64,000 bases of DNA. Source: Vampirovibrionales bacterium (GTDB lineage Bacteria; Cyanobacteriota; Vampirovibrionia; Vampirovibrionales; JAJTHC01). Within the stretch, counting starts at the first letter, position 1. The number at the start of each line of letters is the position of its first letter. Below are positions 21,282-31,360 of the stretch, piece after piece. A model generated the notes under the pieces. It ran no database searches, was not told the DNA's origin, and was given only the letters and a program-made list of their open reading frames with translations. A program made the translations under genes and the position numbers. The stretch spans positions 3,342 through 67,341 of the forward strand of contig JBKDRU010000049.1 of NCBI GenBank assembly GCA_046341215.1, in the 5' to 3' direction.

Positions 21282-22394
21282 TTATGCGCCTAAAGATGGA
21301 GGAGAAGGAGAAGGTATCCTGGGTGGAGTGAATTCTCCCCCATCGTCGAAGTCTTCTCGATCAATTTGGCAAGGGGTATATGTAAAATACGGTTCATAAC
21401 AACCGTCTGCTTCCATATCACGGACTCGCTGAATCAGTTCAGGTAAAGATAACTCATCGGCAACCCGAGAGTCGCCCTCCTCTTGTTTGGCTTCGACAGA
21501 CACCAAAGGCTCATCAATATTGTAACTTAGAGAATTTTCTAGGTGCCGAATCCTAGCGGCTTTTGTTACTAATTCTTTGTTTTGATTAGCGGTAAAGCTA
21601 GCTTGATCTTGTCCACTGTTCAGGCTTGGTCCCTTTAAGGAATTATATAATCTTTCAAACTTGTGTCTCGCTTCTTCAAATTGTAAAGAGGCCTTTTCAT
21701 TTTGTTCAATAAGCTGGACTAGCCAAACCATGAACATTGAATCCATATCCTCTTCTACTTGAATATCAGGTTTCGTCACAGGGGTACCATTGAAAGACTT
21801 GGAATCCACAATCGTTTGGTCTGCTCTTAAAGTAATATGGAACCGTTGAGAAGGGAGCTTCAAAGGCCAACTCATCTCTTTAGTGGTATCCACTTCGCGA
21901 GAATCTACCACCCCAAAAAAACGTTTAAGGCTGGACCACACAGGCATTTCTTTCGCTCTTTCAGAAGCCCATAAGTCTTTTAATTGAAGATTCAAAGGTT
22001 TAGACCCATCTAACCAAGAAGGTCTTTCTCCTTTAAACGCTTGTTCCACATTCCACTTAAAAGCATCCCATTGATATTCAATGGCATATTTAGCACGTGT
22101 TATTTTGGCAGGCAAGCTTTGTTTAGGTTTAATTTGTATATAGACGTCCTCAAAATCAAACTCTATTGTAGACTGTGCGTTTTTATCCAGTCCACCCATC
22201 AGTGCAAGCATTTGTCCCTTAAAAGCCTTATGGTCTCCCATTATCCTTTTTTCAGGGATTTTTAAAGCCTCGCAGATTAAAACTTGCAGTTGAGGTTCAA
22301 GGACAAAATGCCCCCCTTGCCGAGCGGTTTGGGCATTAGAAGCTCGCGTATTTAAAGAGAGTTTGGTAGATGAAAAAGCAGATTGAACTTTCAT
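21282..22394 (-). CDS. Hypothetical protein with Ser/Thr/Asn-rich leader ending in RQGG
   Basis: 370-aa ORF, visibly AT-richer than metF; no family recognised. Confidence 0.7.
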   Translation of the reverse strand: MKVQSAFSSTKLSLNTRASNAQTARQGGHFVLEPQLQVLICEALKIPEKRIMGDHKAFKGQMLALMGGLDKNAQSTIEFDFEDVYIQIKPKQSLPAKITRAKYAIEYQWDAFKWNVEQAFKGERPSWLDGSKPLNLQLKDLWASERAKEMPVWSSLKRFFGVVDSREVDTTKEMSWPLKLPSQRFHITLRADQTIVDSKSFNGTPVTKPDIQVEEDMDSMFMVWLVQLIEQNEKASLQFEEARHKFERLYNSLKGPSLNSGQDQASFTANQNKELVTKAARIRHLENSLSYNIDEPLVSVEAKQEEGDSRVADELSLPELIQRVRDMEADGCYEPYFTYTPCQIDREDFDDGGEFTPPRIPSPSPPSLGA

Positions 22395-22468
22395 AGAAAA
22401 ATCTTTCAGGGGTGATTGTCTGTTTATTCTGATTTATAGGAAAGCCTAAAACAGCGATTGTATAAACA

Positions 22469-22498
22469 TGGTTCGCCTGCCGTGAACGAACATAGGGG
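22469..22498 (-). repeat. Degenerate copy of the tRNA-Ile 3' end (att-like)
   Basis: Plus strand TGGTTCGCCTGCCGTGAACGAACA versus tRNA TGGGCCTGCCGTGACTCGAACA; ends in CCA on the minus strand. Confidence 0.55.
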
Positions 22499-22522
22499 TG
22501 TCAACGCTGGTGGGTCTAAAAA

Positions 22523-22596
<74 letters not shown>

Positions 22597-22631
22597 TCAC
22601 CTGCGGGGACGATGCCCCAACCACTCCCCAT

Positions 22632-22660
22632 ACAGTATAATGAACAAAAAGGAGTGTCAA
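22632..22660 (-). promoter_or_regulatory. Sigma-70-type promoter for tRNA-Ile
   Basis: TTGACA (22660-22655), 17-nt spacer, TACTGT (22637-22632) on the minus strand. Confidence 0.6.
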
Positions 22661-22664
22661 CGCT

Positions 22665-23414
22665 TTGTTTTATTTTCTTTGCTTCGCCTTATCTTCAATA
22701 CTACTGTTTAACTCGGTTTCACCTGCTTACGCCAAGAAGGTGGAAGAAGACGTGGCAGGCTGGGGCGTCGTCAACCTAGAAGTGCCGCTTACGGAAAAAC
22801 TGTCCATCACCACAGAACCCGAATTACGCATGACTGAAAAAGGCACACATGGAGGGCAACAACAATGGCGTAACGCCTTAAATTATGACATCTCCGAAAG
22901 CACACGGCTAACGGTGGGGCATATGTGGGCGGCACGGCATCGAAACAATGAAGACCTATTTACAGATACCACCCAATACGAAAACCGCTTGTACCAACAG
23001 GTGATCTACAAGCACAAGATCTTGAATACATTGAAGGTAGATCACCGCATTCGCTTAGAACAACGCTTACTGCAAGACATTGAAGATCCCTTGTGGTATG
23101 CACGGTATCGCTTGCGTTTGCGTGTGCCTATTAAGAAGAAAAGCACGCCTGTAGAAGCGGTGAAAACCCATGCCGTGGCGTCTTATGAACTGTTGGCTCA
23201 TGTCAATCGTGTGGAAACGGTGAAGGCGGGGATCGTGCAACAGCGTCATTTCGTCGGCGTGAATCATGCGTTTAACCCCCATCTCAATATGGATGCGGGC
23301 TATCTGCTGGTGATGGGCGATCGCTTTGAGCAAGGCAGGTCGTTTATGAATCATGCGTTACTGGTGCAGTTAAATATCGTCACACCGCCGATAAAGACGT
23401 GGGTGAAAAAATAA
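22665..23414 (+). CDS. DUF2490-like outer-membrane beta-barrel protein
   Basis: Signal peptide; ENRLYQQ, HRIRLEQR, RYRLRLRVP, R.FVG motifs and alternating beta-strand pattern. Confidence 0.75.
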   Translation: MFYFLCFALSSILLFNSVSPAYAKKVEEDVAGWGVVNLEVPLTEKLSITTEPELRMTEKGTHGGQQQWRNALNYDISESTRLTVGHMWAARHRNNEDLFTDTTQYENRLYQQVIYKHKILNTLKVDHRIRLEQRLLQDIEDPLWYARYRLRLRVPIKKKSTPVEAVKTHAVASYELLAHVNRVETVKAGIVQQRHFVGVNHAFNPHLNMDAGYLLVMGDRFEQGRSFMNHALLVQLNIVTPPIKTWVKK

Positions 23415-23451
23415 GTTGCTTTTTTTCCGTGTTTTAGAGATACTCTTAAAT

Positions 23452-23544
23452 GGAGAGGTGGCTGAGTGGTCGAAAGCGGCTTCCTGCTAAGAAGTTGTGG
23501 GGTCATAAGCTCCACCGAGGGTTCGAATCCCTTCCTCTCCGCCA
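23452..23544 (+). tRNA. tRNA-Ser(GCT)
   Basis: GGAGAGGTGGCTGAGTGGTCGAAAGC..CTGCTAA..long variable arm..GTTCGAATCCCTTCCTCTCCGCCA. Confidence 0.96.
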
Positions 23545-23586
23545 TTTTATGGCTTTCTCATCAATGTAGTTTAGAGGTTATCAATC

Positions 23587-24186
23587 ATGTTACAGGCTTT
23601 TCCTACGCATCACCAAAATACGTCCCAACGTCAAGGGGCTATTTTGAGAGTACACATTTCACCTGATACAAACCCTTATCACGTAACAGATATTACTACA
23701 GGCTTATCTATTAAGGAACATAATAAAAAGCCCTATCAAATAGCCCATTTATTGCAAGAATGCTTGAGAGATTATCTTCAATCCGCTTATCCCGATATTC
23801 CAAAAAATCATATAAAATTCGACTCTTATCAGCCAGACAAATTAAACAGTCCCCATGTTTTGAAAGTAAAAATGCACGCTAAACATATGAAAGCTTGGTT
23901 AGATATCATACAGATTCTAGAACCTTTGCAAGGAATTTTCCATATCCTAAACAATCGTAGTTCACCGTATGCTTTTAACATTAACAGTCCTGTATTTGAA
24001 TTTGAAGAAGGGGAATCGGCTCTAAGATATAAGTTAGCCAAACTTAAAGCTCGTATTGCTTCGTTACTTCCATATTATTTTAAACTGACCAGCCAAGAGC
24101 AATGGAAAAAAGTACAAATGCTTTACGCACATCAAGACTTTATTCATGATGCCTTATTGCCGACGGGTTTTAAGGCTATAAGATAA
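23587..24186 (+). CDS. Hypothetical protein with short leader ending in RQGA
   Basis: 199-aa AT-rich ORF directly downstream of tRNA-Ser; GAGG upstream of ATG. Confidence 0.65.
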   Translation: MLQAFPTHHQNTSQRQGAILRVHISPDTNPYHVTDITTGLSIKEHNKKPYQIAHLLQECLRDYLQSAYPDIPKNHIKFDSYQPDKLNSPHVLKVKMHAKHMKAWLDIIQILEPLQGIFHILNNRSSPYAFNINSPVFEFEEGESALRYKLAKLKARIASLLPYYFKLTSQEQWKKVQMLYAHQDFIHDALLPTGFKAIR

Positions 24187-24197
24187 CAAGGTTTACC

Positions 24198-24947
24198 ATG
24201 ACGCTTCTTCAAGACTTCAAAGAACTCTTCAGCACGCAAGGTATTCAAGCCTTTCGCATGAAAGCCTTTTACGCCTTTTTCTTCAAATGGGGATGCCTCA
24301 CGGTGGGGCTGGTCTACCTGCTCCTGCTCCTGCCGATCAAGTTCACCGCCGATGCCTCGCTTCACGCCATGGATGCTATGACCAACTTGGAGCGTCTGCA
24401 CTTTGTGATGTGGCATGATGACGTCGTGTTTGAAACCACTAAGGCGTGGCAAGGCAAAAAACGCAAAACGCCACGATCGGTTGAAGAAGCGTTGGACTAC
24501 ACCAGCAATGCTTTTAAAGGAAAACCCTTGCAATTGTTGAGTCCGCTTGATTCGCCGTATGAGATCTCTTGGGGGGATTCGTCACCTGCTCTGCCTTGTG
24601 GAGGGGCAATACATTGCTATAAAACAGTGATGAGCAAGCGTCATTTTGGCGTTTGGGCGGTGGATACCCAACATCATCGCTTGATTTACGATGCCGACGG
24701 TGGCGTAAAATCGTGGCAAGACAACTTCTTAACCAGCTTGAACGTCATGACGCTTTTCCCACTAAGGGACGATAAACCTTTTGCCTTTCAAATCGTGCAA
24801 GGGCATTTATTAAAGCCCATTGAAACCGCAACGACAAACCGCCTCTTTCAGTCGCATCGCTTGTATGGGGTGTTTCCGCTGTTTGAAAAGTCGTTGCCAT
24901 CATTGCCAGCGGATGAACCACTCTTGTTGAAGGCAAAAACCGTTTAA
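24198..24947 (+). CDS. Hypothetical membrane-anchored protein
   Basis: 249-aa ORF with a single N-terminal TM helix. Confidence 0.65.
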   Translation: MTLLQDFKELFSTQGIQAFRMKAFYAFFFKWGCLTVGLVYLLLLLPIKFTADASLHAMDAMTNLERLHFVMWHDDVVFETTKAWQGKKRKTPRSVEEALDYTSNAFKGKPLQLLSPLDSPYEISWGDSSPALPCGGAIHCYKTVMSKRHFGVWAVDTQHHRLIYDADGGVKSWQDNFLTSLNVMTLFPLRDDKPFAFQIVQGHLLKPIETATTNRLFQSHRLYGVFPLFEKSLPSLPADEPLLLKAKTV

Positions 24948-25031
24948 TCCCCCAAGCTAAGGGGGATGTTGAAGCGAAAAGCGAATCCTGTCGAAGTGAG
25001 TTTATCTCTCTCTTTCAAAGGATATATCATC

Positions 25032-26078
25032 GTGAAACGAAACTCGTTTTTGGCTATGCTTAGTCTGCTTCTGCTACTTAGTGGTAGTCTTTCGGCTTGT
25101 TCGCCAGAAGCCAGCGTGAAAGACGCTTGGCATAAGGTTAAAGCATCTGATAGCATGCACGAGTTCAAGTTCCAACTTAAAGCCATGCGTCGGGATGTAA
25201 AAACCTTGTTGAATCCGCTGGTGCGACCGTTTTTAAGCTATCCGTCTGAGCCTGATTTTCATGTTCGCTACAGTAGAGCAGAAGCTCCCTTACTCCAAGC
25301 TCACTTGGTGGATGCCCTTGCCCTTAAAAATGCCATGGAAAGCGATATTCGCACGCCGTTGACGAATATGCCTCGTACCTATACGCATAACCCCCGAAGA
25401 GGCGCGGCGAGCGTGTTTCATGGTCAAAATAGCGTACAAACAGGGGATCCGCTATGGCAAGAGCAGACCGTGAAAACGTGGGTGCAGACGCATCGATTTA
25501 GCCCTAATTTTAGAGCATTGTGGATGAATCACCCCGATTTAAAATCGCCCATGACGCATCAAGCGTGGTGGACATGGATTCAAGCCACTTTGCCTATTAC
25601 AGGGCATGAAGCCCCGCTTTCCGTCCAAAAGCAAATGCGAGACAACCCTAGTGCAGAACTACAATGGCGTTTGGCTCAATATTTTCCGTATTTTCCGAGT
25701 GAATCGGTGCAAATCACCCAAAGCAAGCCCTTAAGTCGTGGTGAAGGCTTGGCGTTTGCCTTATGGCTAGCGGGTTTAGAAAAAGAACGCCGAAAAACCA
25801 GTGAAGACGCTTACACGGAATGGTGGGCAAGTCCCCTTGCGGATCCTGATGCACGAAGCTCTCTCATGCAAGATTGGAGAGCTTTAAGTCCGAGTCAACA
25901 ACATACGCTAAACATGGCGTATGCCAACGGTGTCTTGGATGCCGTATTGAATGACACGCCTCCACATGCAGTGAAGGGCTTAAAACGTTGGCGTATTCGG
26001 TGGAACGCTCCGTTAAGCGTGAAAGAAGCGATTCGTTTAATGGCGTGGGCGGAAGCCAAGCGTGAAGAGCTGTCTTAA
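25032..26078 (+). CDS. Putative lipoprotein with degenerate SLH-like segments
   Basis: GTG start, KR plus hydrophobic stretch and LSAC lipobox; KPLSRGEGLAF, AYANGVL and NAPLSVKEAIRLM resemble SLH repeats. Confidence 0.55.
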   Translation: MKRNSFLAMLSLLLLLSGSLSACSPEASVKDAWHKVKASDSMHEFKFQLKAMRRDVKTLLNPLVRPFLSYPSEPDFHVRYSRAEAPLLQAHLVDALALKNAMESDIRTPLTNMPRTYTHNPRRGAASVFHGQNSVQTGDPLWQEQTVKTWVQTHRFSPNFRALWMNHPDLKSPMTHQAWWTWIQATLPITGHEAPLSVQKQMRDNPSAELQWRLAQYFPYFPSESVQITQSKPLSRGEGLAFALWLAGLEKERRKTSEDAYTEWWASPLADPDARSSLMQDWRALSPSQQHTLNMAYANGVLDAVLNDTPPHAVKGLKRWRIRWNAPLSVKEAIRLMAWAEAKREELS

Positions 26079-26118
26079 AATAGTGGTTTTTAAGCACTGG
26101 TTAGACGCTTGAAAATAC

Positions 26119-26340
26119 GTCATACTGAAAAAGAGTAGCTCATTGAAAAAAGCATAGCCCAAGCTGTTGAAACGTTCATTTTTCGTCAATTTCTTAGTAT
26201 TTCGTGTGTCAGAAAACAGAGTTTTGTGTGTCGAAAAAGAGGGTTTCGTGTGTCAGAAATAGGGGTTTCGTGTGCCAGAAATCGACTTTCGTGTGTCGAA
26301 AAGTCGAGCGATCTGTACACCATAGACCCTTCGACTTTTC
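26119..26340. repeat. Conserved 32-bp box, five 21/22-bp tandem units and a hairpin (homologous to 43341-43610)
   Basis: GTCATACTGAAAAAGAGTAGCTCATTGAAAAA, then TTCGTGTGTC(A/G)GAAA.. units from 26201 to 26308; GAAAAGTCGA/TCGACTTTTC inverted repeat. Confidence 0.85.
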
Positions 26341-26391
26341 TAATTTTTAGGAGTAGAATATAAAAACCCCTAAAAATTAAAAAGTGAAACC

Positions 26392-27663
26392 ATGTCAAGC
26401 TTATTGGACTCCTTCCGCAAAACGCCGTCACGGCTTTATAGTATTATCCTCATTGAAACGATTTCAAGCTTCGGGAGCTTCTTCACCTTTGTGGCAAGCA
26501 TGGCGTTGTACATTGAACTCACAGGCGATGTCAGCTCGTGGTTTTGGGTACCGTTGATTAAAGCCATCGTACCGTTGCTGGCTAGTCCCTTAACGTTGAA
26601 ATTATTGAAGCATCAAAAAGCTTGCCCTTCAACAGGCTGGGTGTTGGCGTTAAACATCCTAGGCATCGCTATTTTGGCAAGCTTTCCCACCATCGAAGTC
26701 TTTTTTGTGGTGATTGCCTTTATGTCGTGGTTGGAGACACTGGCTCAACCCTTTTTTCGCCAATGGGCAAGTGAACAGATCCATGAAGATGAACTCTTGA
26801 ACTATAATGTGACAGGCGAAACCCTGCGTTGGGTGCTGTTTACGGTTGCCTTAGGTTTATCAGGTCTTGTGACGGCTCACTTTAAGGCATTTGCCTGTTA
26901 TTGGGTGGATGTATTCGTCACAGGGATAGCTTTTGTGATGTGGTGGGGCGTTCGTAAAGACATGGAAACCCCTCGCTTTACAGGGGAACCACTGTTGGAA
27001 GAGTTACAAGAACGTGAAGAAAAAACAGGGCTATTTGCCGTTTTTCACAACGCCCGTTGGGATTTGCTCTTTGGTTCGCCTTTGGTGACGATTTTATGCT
27101 TCACGTATTGGGCAATGAATACCATTTCCGCCTTTCAAGGGGGGCTAGCCTTGCCCTTTGTGGCAGAAAATGGCTGGAAACCTGAAGTCACGCACGCTAG
27201 TTATATGTATGCAATGTTGGCATTAGGAGGCTTAATTGCCTTTACGCTCCAACAAAACAAGAAAATTAAACACGGCTTAAAAACCGCCAGCTTGGGTTTA
27301 CTAGCGATTATGATCGCCCTAGATGCTTCAGGAGCCTTAGGTAAAGTACTCGCAGGTTCGAACTTCCCTCTTGTGTTGGGCATTCAAGCCATTTTCGGAG
27401 CGGTCATCATGTTCTTAAATGCCATGTTAAACACACGTTTACAACGCCAAGCAGGGCCAGAGCATACAGGAGAAGTCTTTGGGATTTTGGTCACCGTGCA
27501 AAAGTCTTTGCGGATTCTAGGTTATGCGGGTTCAGGCTTGATTTTGAAGTTCCTACCTTGGGGCGGTCACTGGGGATTTTTGCTCTCTTCGGCGTTGGAG
27601 TTCATGGTCGTTATTGCGATTGTGGTGGCTCAACGTACTCAGAATAAACGCCGTTCTAAGTAA
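26392..27663 (+). CDS. MFS transporter (macrolide-efflux/DHA3-like)
   Basis: About 12 TM helices in two halves; NTRLQRQAGPEHTGEVFG resembles the DHA3 loop motif. Confidence 0.8.
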   Translation: MSSLLDSFRKTPSRLYSIILIETISSFGSFFTFVASMALYIELTGDVSSWFWVPLIKAIVPLLASPLTLKLLKHQKACPSTGWVLALNILGIAILASFPTIEVFFVVIAFMSWLETLAQPFFRQWASEQIHEDELLNYNVTGETLRWVLFTVALGLSGLVTAHFKAFACYWVDVFVTGIAFVMWWGVRKDMETPRFTGEPLLEELQEREEKTGLFAVFHNARWDLLFGSPLVTILCFTYWAMNTISAFQGGLALPFVAENGWKPEVTHASYMYAMLALGGLIAFTLQQNKKIKHGLKTASLGLLAIMIALDASGALGKVLAGSNFPLVLGIQAIFGAVIMFLNAMLNTRLQRQAGPEHTGEVFGILVTVQKSLRILGYAGSGLILKFLPWGGHWGFLLSSALEFMVVIAIVVAQRTQNKRRSK

Positions 27664-28504
27664 CCGATGTTGAAGGAGGTTTACCCTTTTCATCACCGCC
27701 TTCATTACCTGTTTCCATGCCTGAAATTAAGTAAACGAGTGGTAAGATTTTATCTACATGACGTAAAACAGGAATACTTTCTAACGCCTTTGTTGCCGTA
27801 AAGCCCGCCGCCATGTCATCGACTTGAATAACAAAGTCTTTTGCATGTATTTTACGAGGCGGAATATCATCTTTATGGATCCGTTTATTGAGTTGGTTGG
27901 AAATAAATGATCCAATGGTCACACCACCGACAATACCCAATAAGTTGGTTAGTGTAGATATTGGTATTTTATGAATGAGTTTTTTTGAGGTGAGCCAAGT
28001 CATTTTAGGGAATTTTTTACCTAGTTTTTTAACTTGTTCGTCGAAAAATATACACAATGCAACAGGTGCTGCAATGTTGGTAATGAATTGATAGTTCCCT
28101 TCTTTTATTTTCGCCCACGTGTCTTTACCCTTGTCGTTAATGATTCCACCAGCTAAGCCCCCTAAAATAGCGGAAGCCCCTAAAGCGTAGATCTGTTTCC
28201 ACTCATAATGCACCATAAAGGGAGCAAGTACTTTTTTTAAGCCCTTGGCGTCTTTAAACTTACCTTGCATACCTGCCATTACGATCATCGGCAAGATCGT
28301 TCCTAGCAAACTCCCTACAGCGACAGGCATCGATGTTTTACGTTCAGGTTCAATTTCTCGTACATTAGATTGTAGTAAATCGAAGTCGGCAGGGGGGAAG
28401 GCATCTTGAGGCACCTTTTGAGATCCATTTCTGTCCTGGTTGATTAAACCCTTCATATTAGTGATGTTCATCGGTTGAGAGTGAGCGCGGAATGATGTAT
28501 CCAT
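27656..28504 (-). CDS. Hypothetical multi-pass membrane protein (lineage-specific)
   Basis: Low-complexity N-terminus and 4-5 Gly-rich hydrophobic helices; GGAG RBS. Confidence 0.7.
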   Translation of the reverse strand: MDTSFRAHSQPMNITNMKGLINQDRNGSQKVPQDAFPPADFDLLQSNVREIEPERKTSMPVAVGSLLGTILPMIVMAGMQGKFKDAKGLKKVLAPFMVHYEWKQIYALGASAILGGLAGGIINDKGKDTWAKIKEGNYQFITNIAAPVALCIFFDEQVKKLGKKFPKMTWLTSKKLIHKIPISTLTNLLGIVGGVTIGSFISNQLNKRIHKDDIPPRKIHAKDFVIQVDDMAAGFTATKALESIPVLRHVDKILPLVYLISGMETGNEGGDEKGKPPSTSVT

Positions 28505-28660
28505 AAAACGTCAAGGACTCCTGTAAATTAAAAGACTTATTAGCATGAAAACCAGAAACATTTTATTGATGCTAGCCATTTTTTTTACAATCTCAATCGC
28601 CTTTTTTCTGTGTTTGGTGTTTAATAAAAACATATTTACGCTTTTAATAAGGGGTGTTTT

Positions 28661-29509
28661 ATGCAGACAACTCACACAAGTTTAAACAACATAACCGCTG
28701 AAAAGCATCCACCGCATGGCTTGCTTAAATCAACGGCACCTTTTCCTAGGCTCGAAACGAACCAAGCGGTCATTCAAGAAGTGTTTTCGTCTATTCAAGG
28801 TGAAGGGCTACATGCGGGTGAACGTCAAGTCTTTGTCAGAGTCGCCCATTGTCACCTCCATTGTGCGTATTGCGACACGCCCATGACGACTCCACGAGGC
28901 GATTGCTTGGTGGAAACACAACCTGGGTCTAAGCAATGGGTAGCGGTACCCGGTTTACAACGGGTGGAAGACACGGAAATGTTGATTGCAGGTTTGATCG
29001 CTCAAGCTCCCCATCATAGTGTAAGCTTCACTGGGGGAGAACCCTTGTTGTATCCGTATTATCTCGCCAGCCTGATGGAGCGTATTCAGCGCTTGGGTGT
29101 AAAAACCTACCTAGAAACAAGTGGCACGCAACCCCATAGTTTAGCGAAGGTCTTGCAATTTATTGATATTATTTCCATGGATGTCAAACTGCCTTCCACG
29201 ACCAAAGAATCGGAGCGTTGGCAACAACACGCTGATTTTTACCGTACCGCCAAACAAGCCCCACAGGTAGAGCTTTTTGTTAAAGTCGTGGTGAATCACG
29301 ACACGACCCTAGAAGAATTGACACATTTGACGTCGATTATTACAGATATTCATACACCGATTTATCTTCAACCGGAAACCTCTCTTTTGGAAGACGGCGT
29401 CTTAAACATTACGGCAAGCCACTTATTGAACTTACAAGGCTTTTTGGCTCGGCATTTCAGCACCGTTCGAGTGCTTCCCCAAACCCATAAAATGATGAAG
29501 ATTTCTTAA
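28661..29509 (+). CDS. queE: 7-carboxy-7-deazaguanine synthase QueE (radical SAM)
   Basis: EVFSSIQGEG, CHLHCAYCDT, SFTGGEPLL, YLETSG, RVLPQTHK. Confidence 0.9.
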   Translation: MQTTHTSLNNITAEKHPPHGLLKSTAPFPRLETNQAVIQEVFSSIQGEGLHAGERQVFVRVAHCHLHCAYCDTPMTTPRGDCLVETQPGSKQWVAVPGLQRVEDTEMLIAGLIAQAPHHSVSFTGGEPLLYPYYLASLMERIQRLGVKTYLETSGTQPHSLAKVLQFIDIISMDVKLPSTTKESERWQQHADFYRTAKQAPQVELFVKVVVNHDTTLEELTHLTSIITDIHTPIYLQPETSLLEDGVLNITASHLLNLQGFLARHFSTVRVLPQTHKMMKIS

Positions 29510-31056
29510 TGACCACAAGTCGTCCTTCCTTTACGTCTCATAGGGTTTTAGGCACTGATCTTTACGGCGATGTGCTGGTGATTGGGGCGGGTTTGGCAGG
29601 TTTAACGACCGCACTGGCGGCGGCTGAAGCAGGCTTAAGCGTGTTGCTCGCCTTTAAACCGAAAGATGCCACCGAATCCAATTCAGCATACGCCCAAGGG
29701 GGCATCGCTGCCTATGTCGAATGGAACACCCCTGATTCATTAGAACAACATGTGCAAGACACCCTTGAAGCAGGAGCTGGTTATAATATTGAAGACGTGG
29801 TTCGTCAGATTTTAGCCGAAGGCAATGAAGCCATTAAAACCCTGATGCGTTACGGTGTTGCGTTTGACTTGGATCCCGAAGGCGTGCCAGCCTTAACGCA
29901 AGAAGGGGCGCATTCTCAACGACGCATCTTACATGTCAATGGGGATCAAACAGGGGTAGGGATCGTCACGCCTTTAATTGAGCGTGTTAAGGCGTCTGAA
30001 CATATTCAGATTTTACCGTATCATGCCTTAGAAGCCTTGCATCAAGGCAAGAATCAGGCTATTGTCGGGGCGACTCTTTATGACACTCAACACGCTGAAT
30101 TCAGAGTGGTGCATACCCCCAATGTGGTGCTTGCCACAGGCGGTTACGCAGGGCTTTACCTTCATGCCACCAATACGGCAACCGATGGTGTGAAAGCCTT
30201 GTTTTTAGCTCATCAAGCAGGGGCTAAACTTAAAGATTTACACTTGGTGCAGTTTCACCCCACCGCCTTTGTTACGCAAGGAGAGGTTCGTTTCCTAGCC
30301 AGCGAATCGTTAAGGGGCGAAGGGGCATTACTCGTGAATGCCGACGGTCAACGCTTTATGCAAGCGGTGCATCCGCAGGGAGAGCTTGCCCCTCGGGATG
30401 TGGTGGCTCGTGCGATTGCATCCGAAATGATTAAGACGGCACATCCCTGCGTGTATTTGGATATGCGTCACACTAGTAAAGCCTTTTTAGAACAACGTTT
30501 CCCTAATATCTATCACACCGCCTTACGTTACGGCATCGATATGGCCACGGATCTCTTGCCTGTGGCACCCGCCGCACACTATTGCATGGGAGGCATTGAA
30601 GCCACGTGGCAAGGGAAAACCGCTATTTCGGGCTTGTTTGCGATTGGTGAAGCCAGCTGCACAGGCTTACATGGGGCGAATCGATTGGCATCGAACTCCT
30701 TGCTAGAATGCGTCGTGATGGGGAGAAATGTCGTGGATATTCTAGAAAAGCCGTTGCCTTCCAACGATAGGGATGCTCTCGCTTGCACGCCTCATCCAAC
30801 AGTTCAGTCGACTTCTCAACATAAGGATTCAGGCTTTTTAAATCAGCTTAAAAAATTGATGTGGCAGTATCTTGGCTTGCAACGCAGTCAAGCAGGCTAT
30901 GATGCCTTAGGTCTTGAAATAAAAAGGCTCGAAGCATTGTTTTCGCATGAAAAAGATTTGGCGTTTTTGGTCAACACGGCTTTACGTCATGCCGAAGCAA
31001 TGCCCAGCTCTTGCGGGAGCCATCATGTATTAGAAAAGCCTTTGTCCCTAAAGTAA
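29509..31056 (+). CDS. nadB: L-aspartate oxidase
   Basis: IGAGLAGL, SNSAYAQGGIA, EGAHSQRRILH, QFHPT, ELAPRDVVAR, GLHGANRLASNSLLE. Confidence 0.95.
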   Translation: MTTSRPSFTSHRVLGTDLYGDVLVIGAGLAGLTTALAAAEAGLSVLLAFKPKDATESNSAYAQGGIAAYVEWNTPDSLEQHVQDTLEAGAGYNIEDVVRQILAEGNEAIKTLMRYGVAFDLDPEGVPALTQEGAHSQRRILHVNGDQTGVGIVTPLIERVKASEHIQILPYHALEALHQGKNQAIVGATLYDTQHAEFRVVHTPNVVLATGGYAGLYLHATNTATDGVKALFLAHQAGAKLKDLHLVQFHPTAFVTQGEVRFLASESLRGEGALLVNADGQRFMQAVHPQGELAPRDVVARAIASEMIKTAHPCVYLDMRHTSKAFLEQRFPNIYHTALRYGIDMATDLLPVAPAAHYCMGGIEATWQGKTAISGLFAIGEASCTGLHGANRLASNSLLECVVMGRNVVDILEKPLPSNDRDALACTPHPTVQSTSQHKDSGFLNQLKKLMWQYLGLQRSQAGYDALGLEIKRLEALFSHEKDLAFLVNTALRHAEAMPSSCGSHHVLEKPLSLK

Positions 31057-31058
31057 AA

Positions 31059-31139
31059 TGTCGAAGGGGGGACTTGAACCCCCACAGATTTCTCCGCACG
31101 CCCCTTAAACGTGTGCGTCTACCATTCCGCCACTCCGAC
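31059..31139 (-). tRNA. tRNA-Leu(AAG), A34 anticodon
   Basis: GTCGGAGTGGCGGAATGGTAGACGCA-CACGT-TTAAGGG-GCGTG-CGGAGAAATCTGTGGGGGTTCAAGTCCCCCCTTCGACA; the anticodon stem pairs only in the register giving AAG. Confidence 0.9.
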
Positions 31140-31207
31140 AAGCTTACTAGTAGTTTAGAAGAAACATAACACGCGGTCAACTGGCAGGGTACAAATTGTA
31201 TGAATTT

Positions 31208-31254
31208 AAAAAATAAATTCCCCTTGCGGAATTGAGAGCAACGCAAGGGGAATT
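31208..31254 (-). terminator. Rho-independent terminator
   Basis: AATTCCCCTTGCG/CGCAAGGGGAATT stem followed by a T-rich tract on the minus strand. Confidence 0.75.
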
Positions 31255-31360
31255 ATCTCACTGGGGCGACAGTGTATGTTGAATTGGCTTGACATGAAAA
31301 ACGTTTTACGGGAGTTATGACGCTTTGTGTCTGAAACCAATTTTTAAAATTTTACGTGAA

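Noticed and set aside
21151-21399. Intact 82-aa gene
   Set aside because: The 5' part is the recombinase remnant and the 3' part is antisense to the 21282-22394 gene.
31059-31139. Reading the tRNA-Leu anticodon as TAA
   Set aside because: That register leaves two mismatches in the anticodon stem, while the AAG register pairs fully (one G:U).
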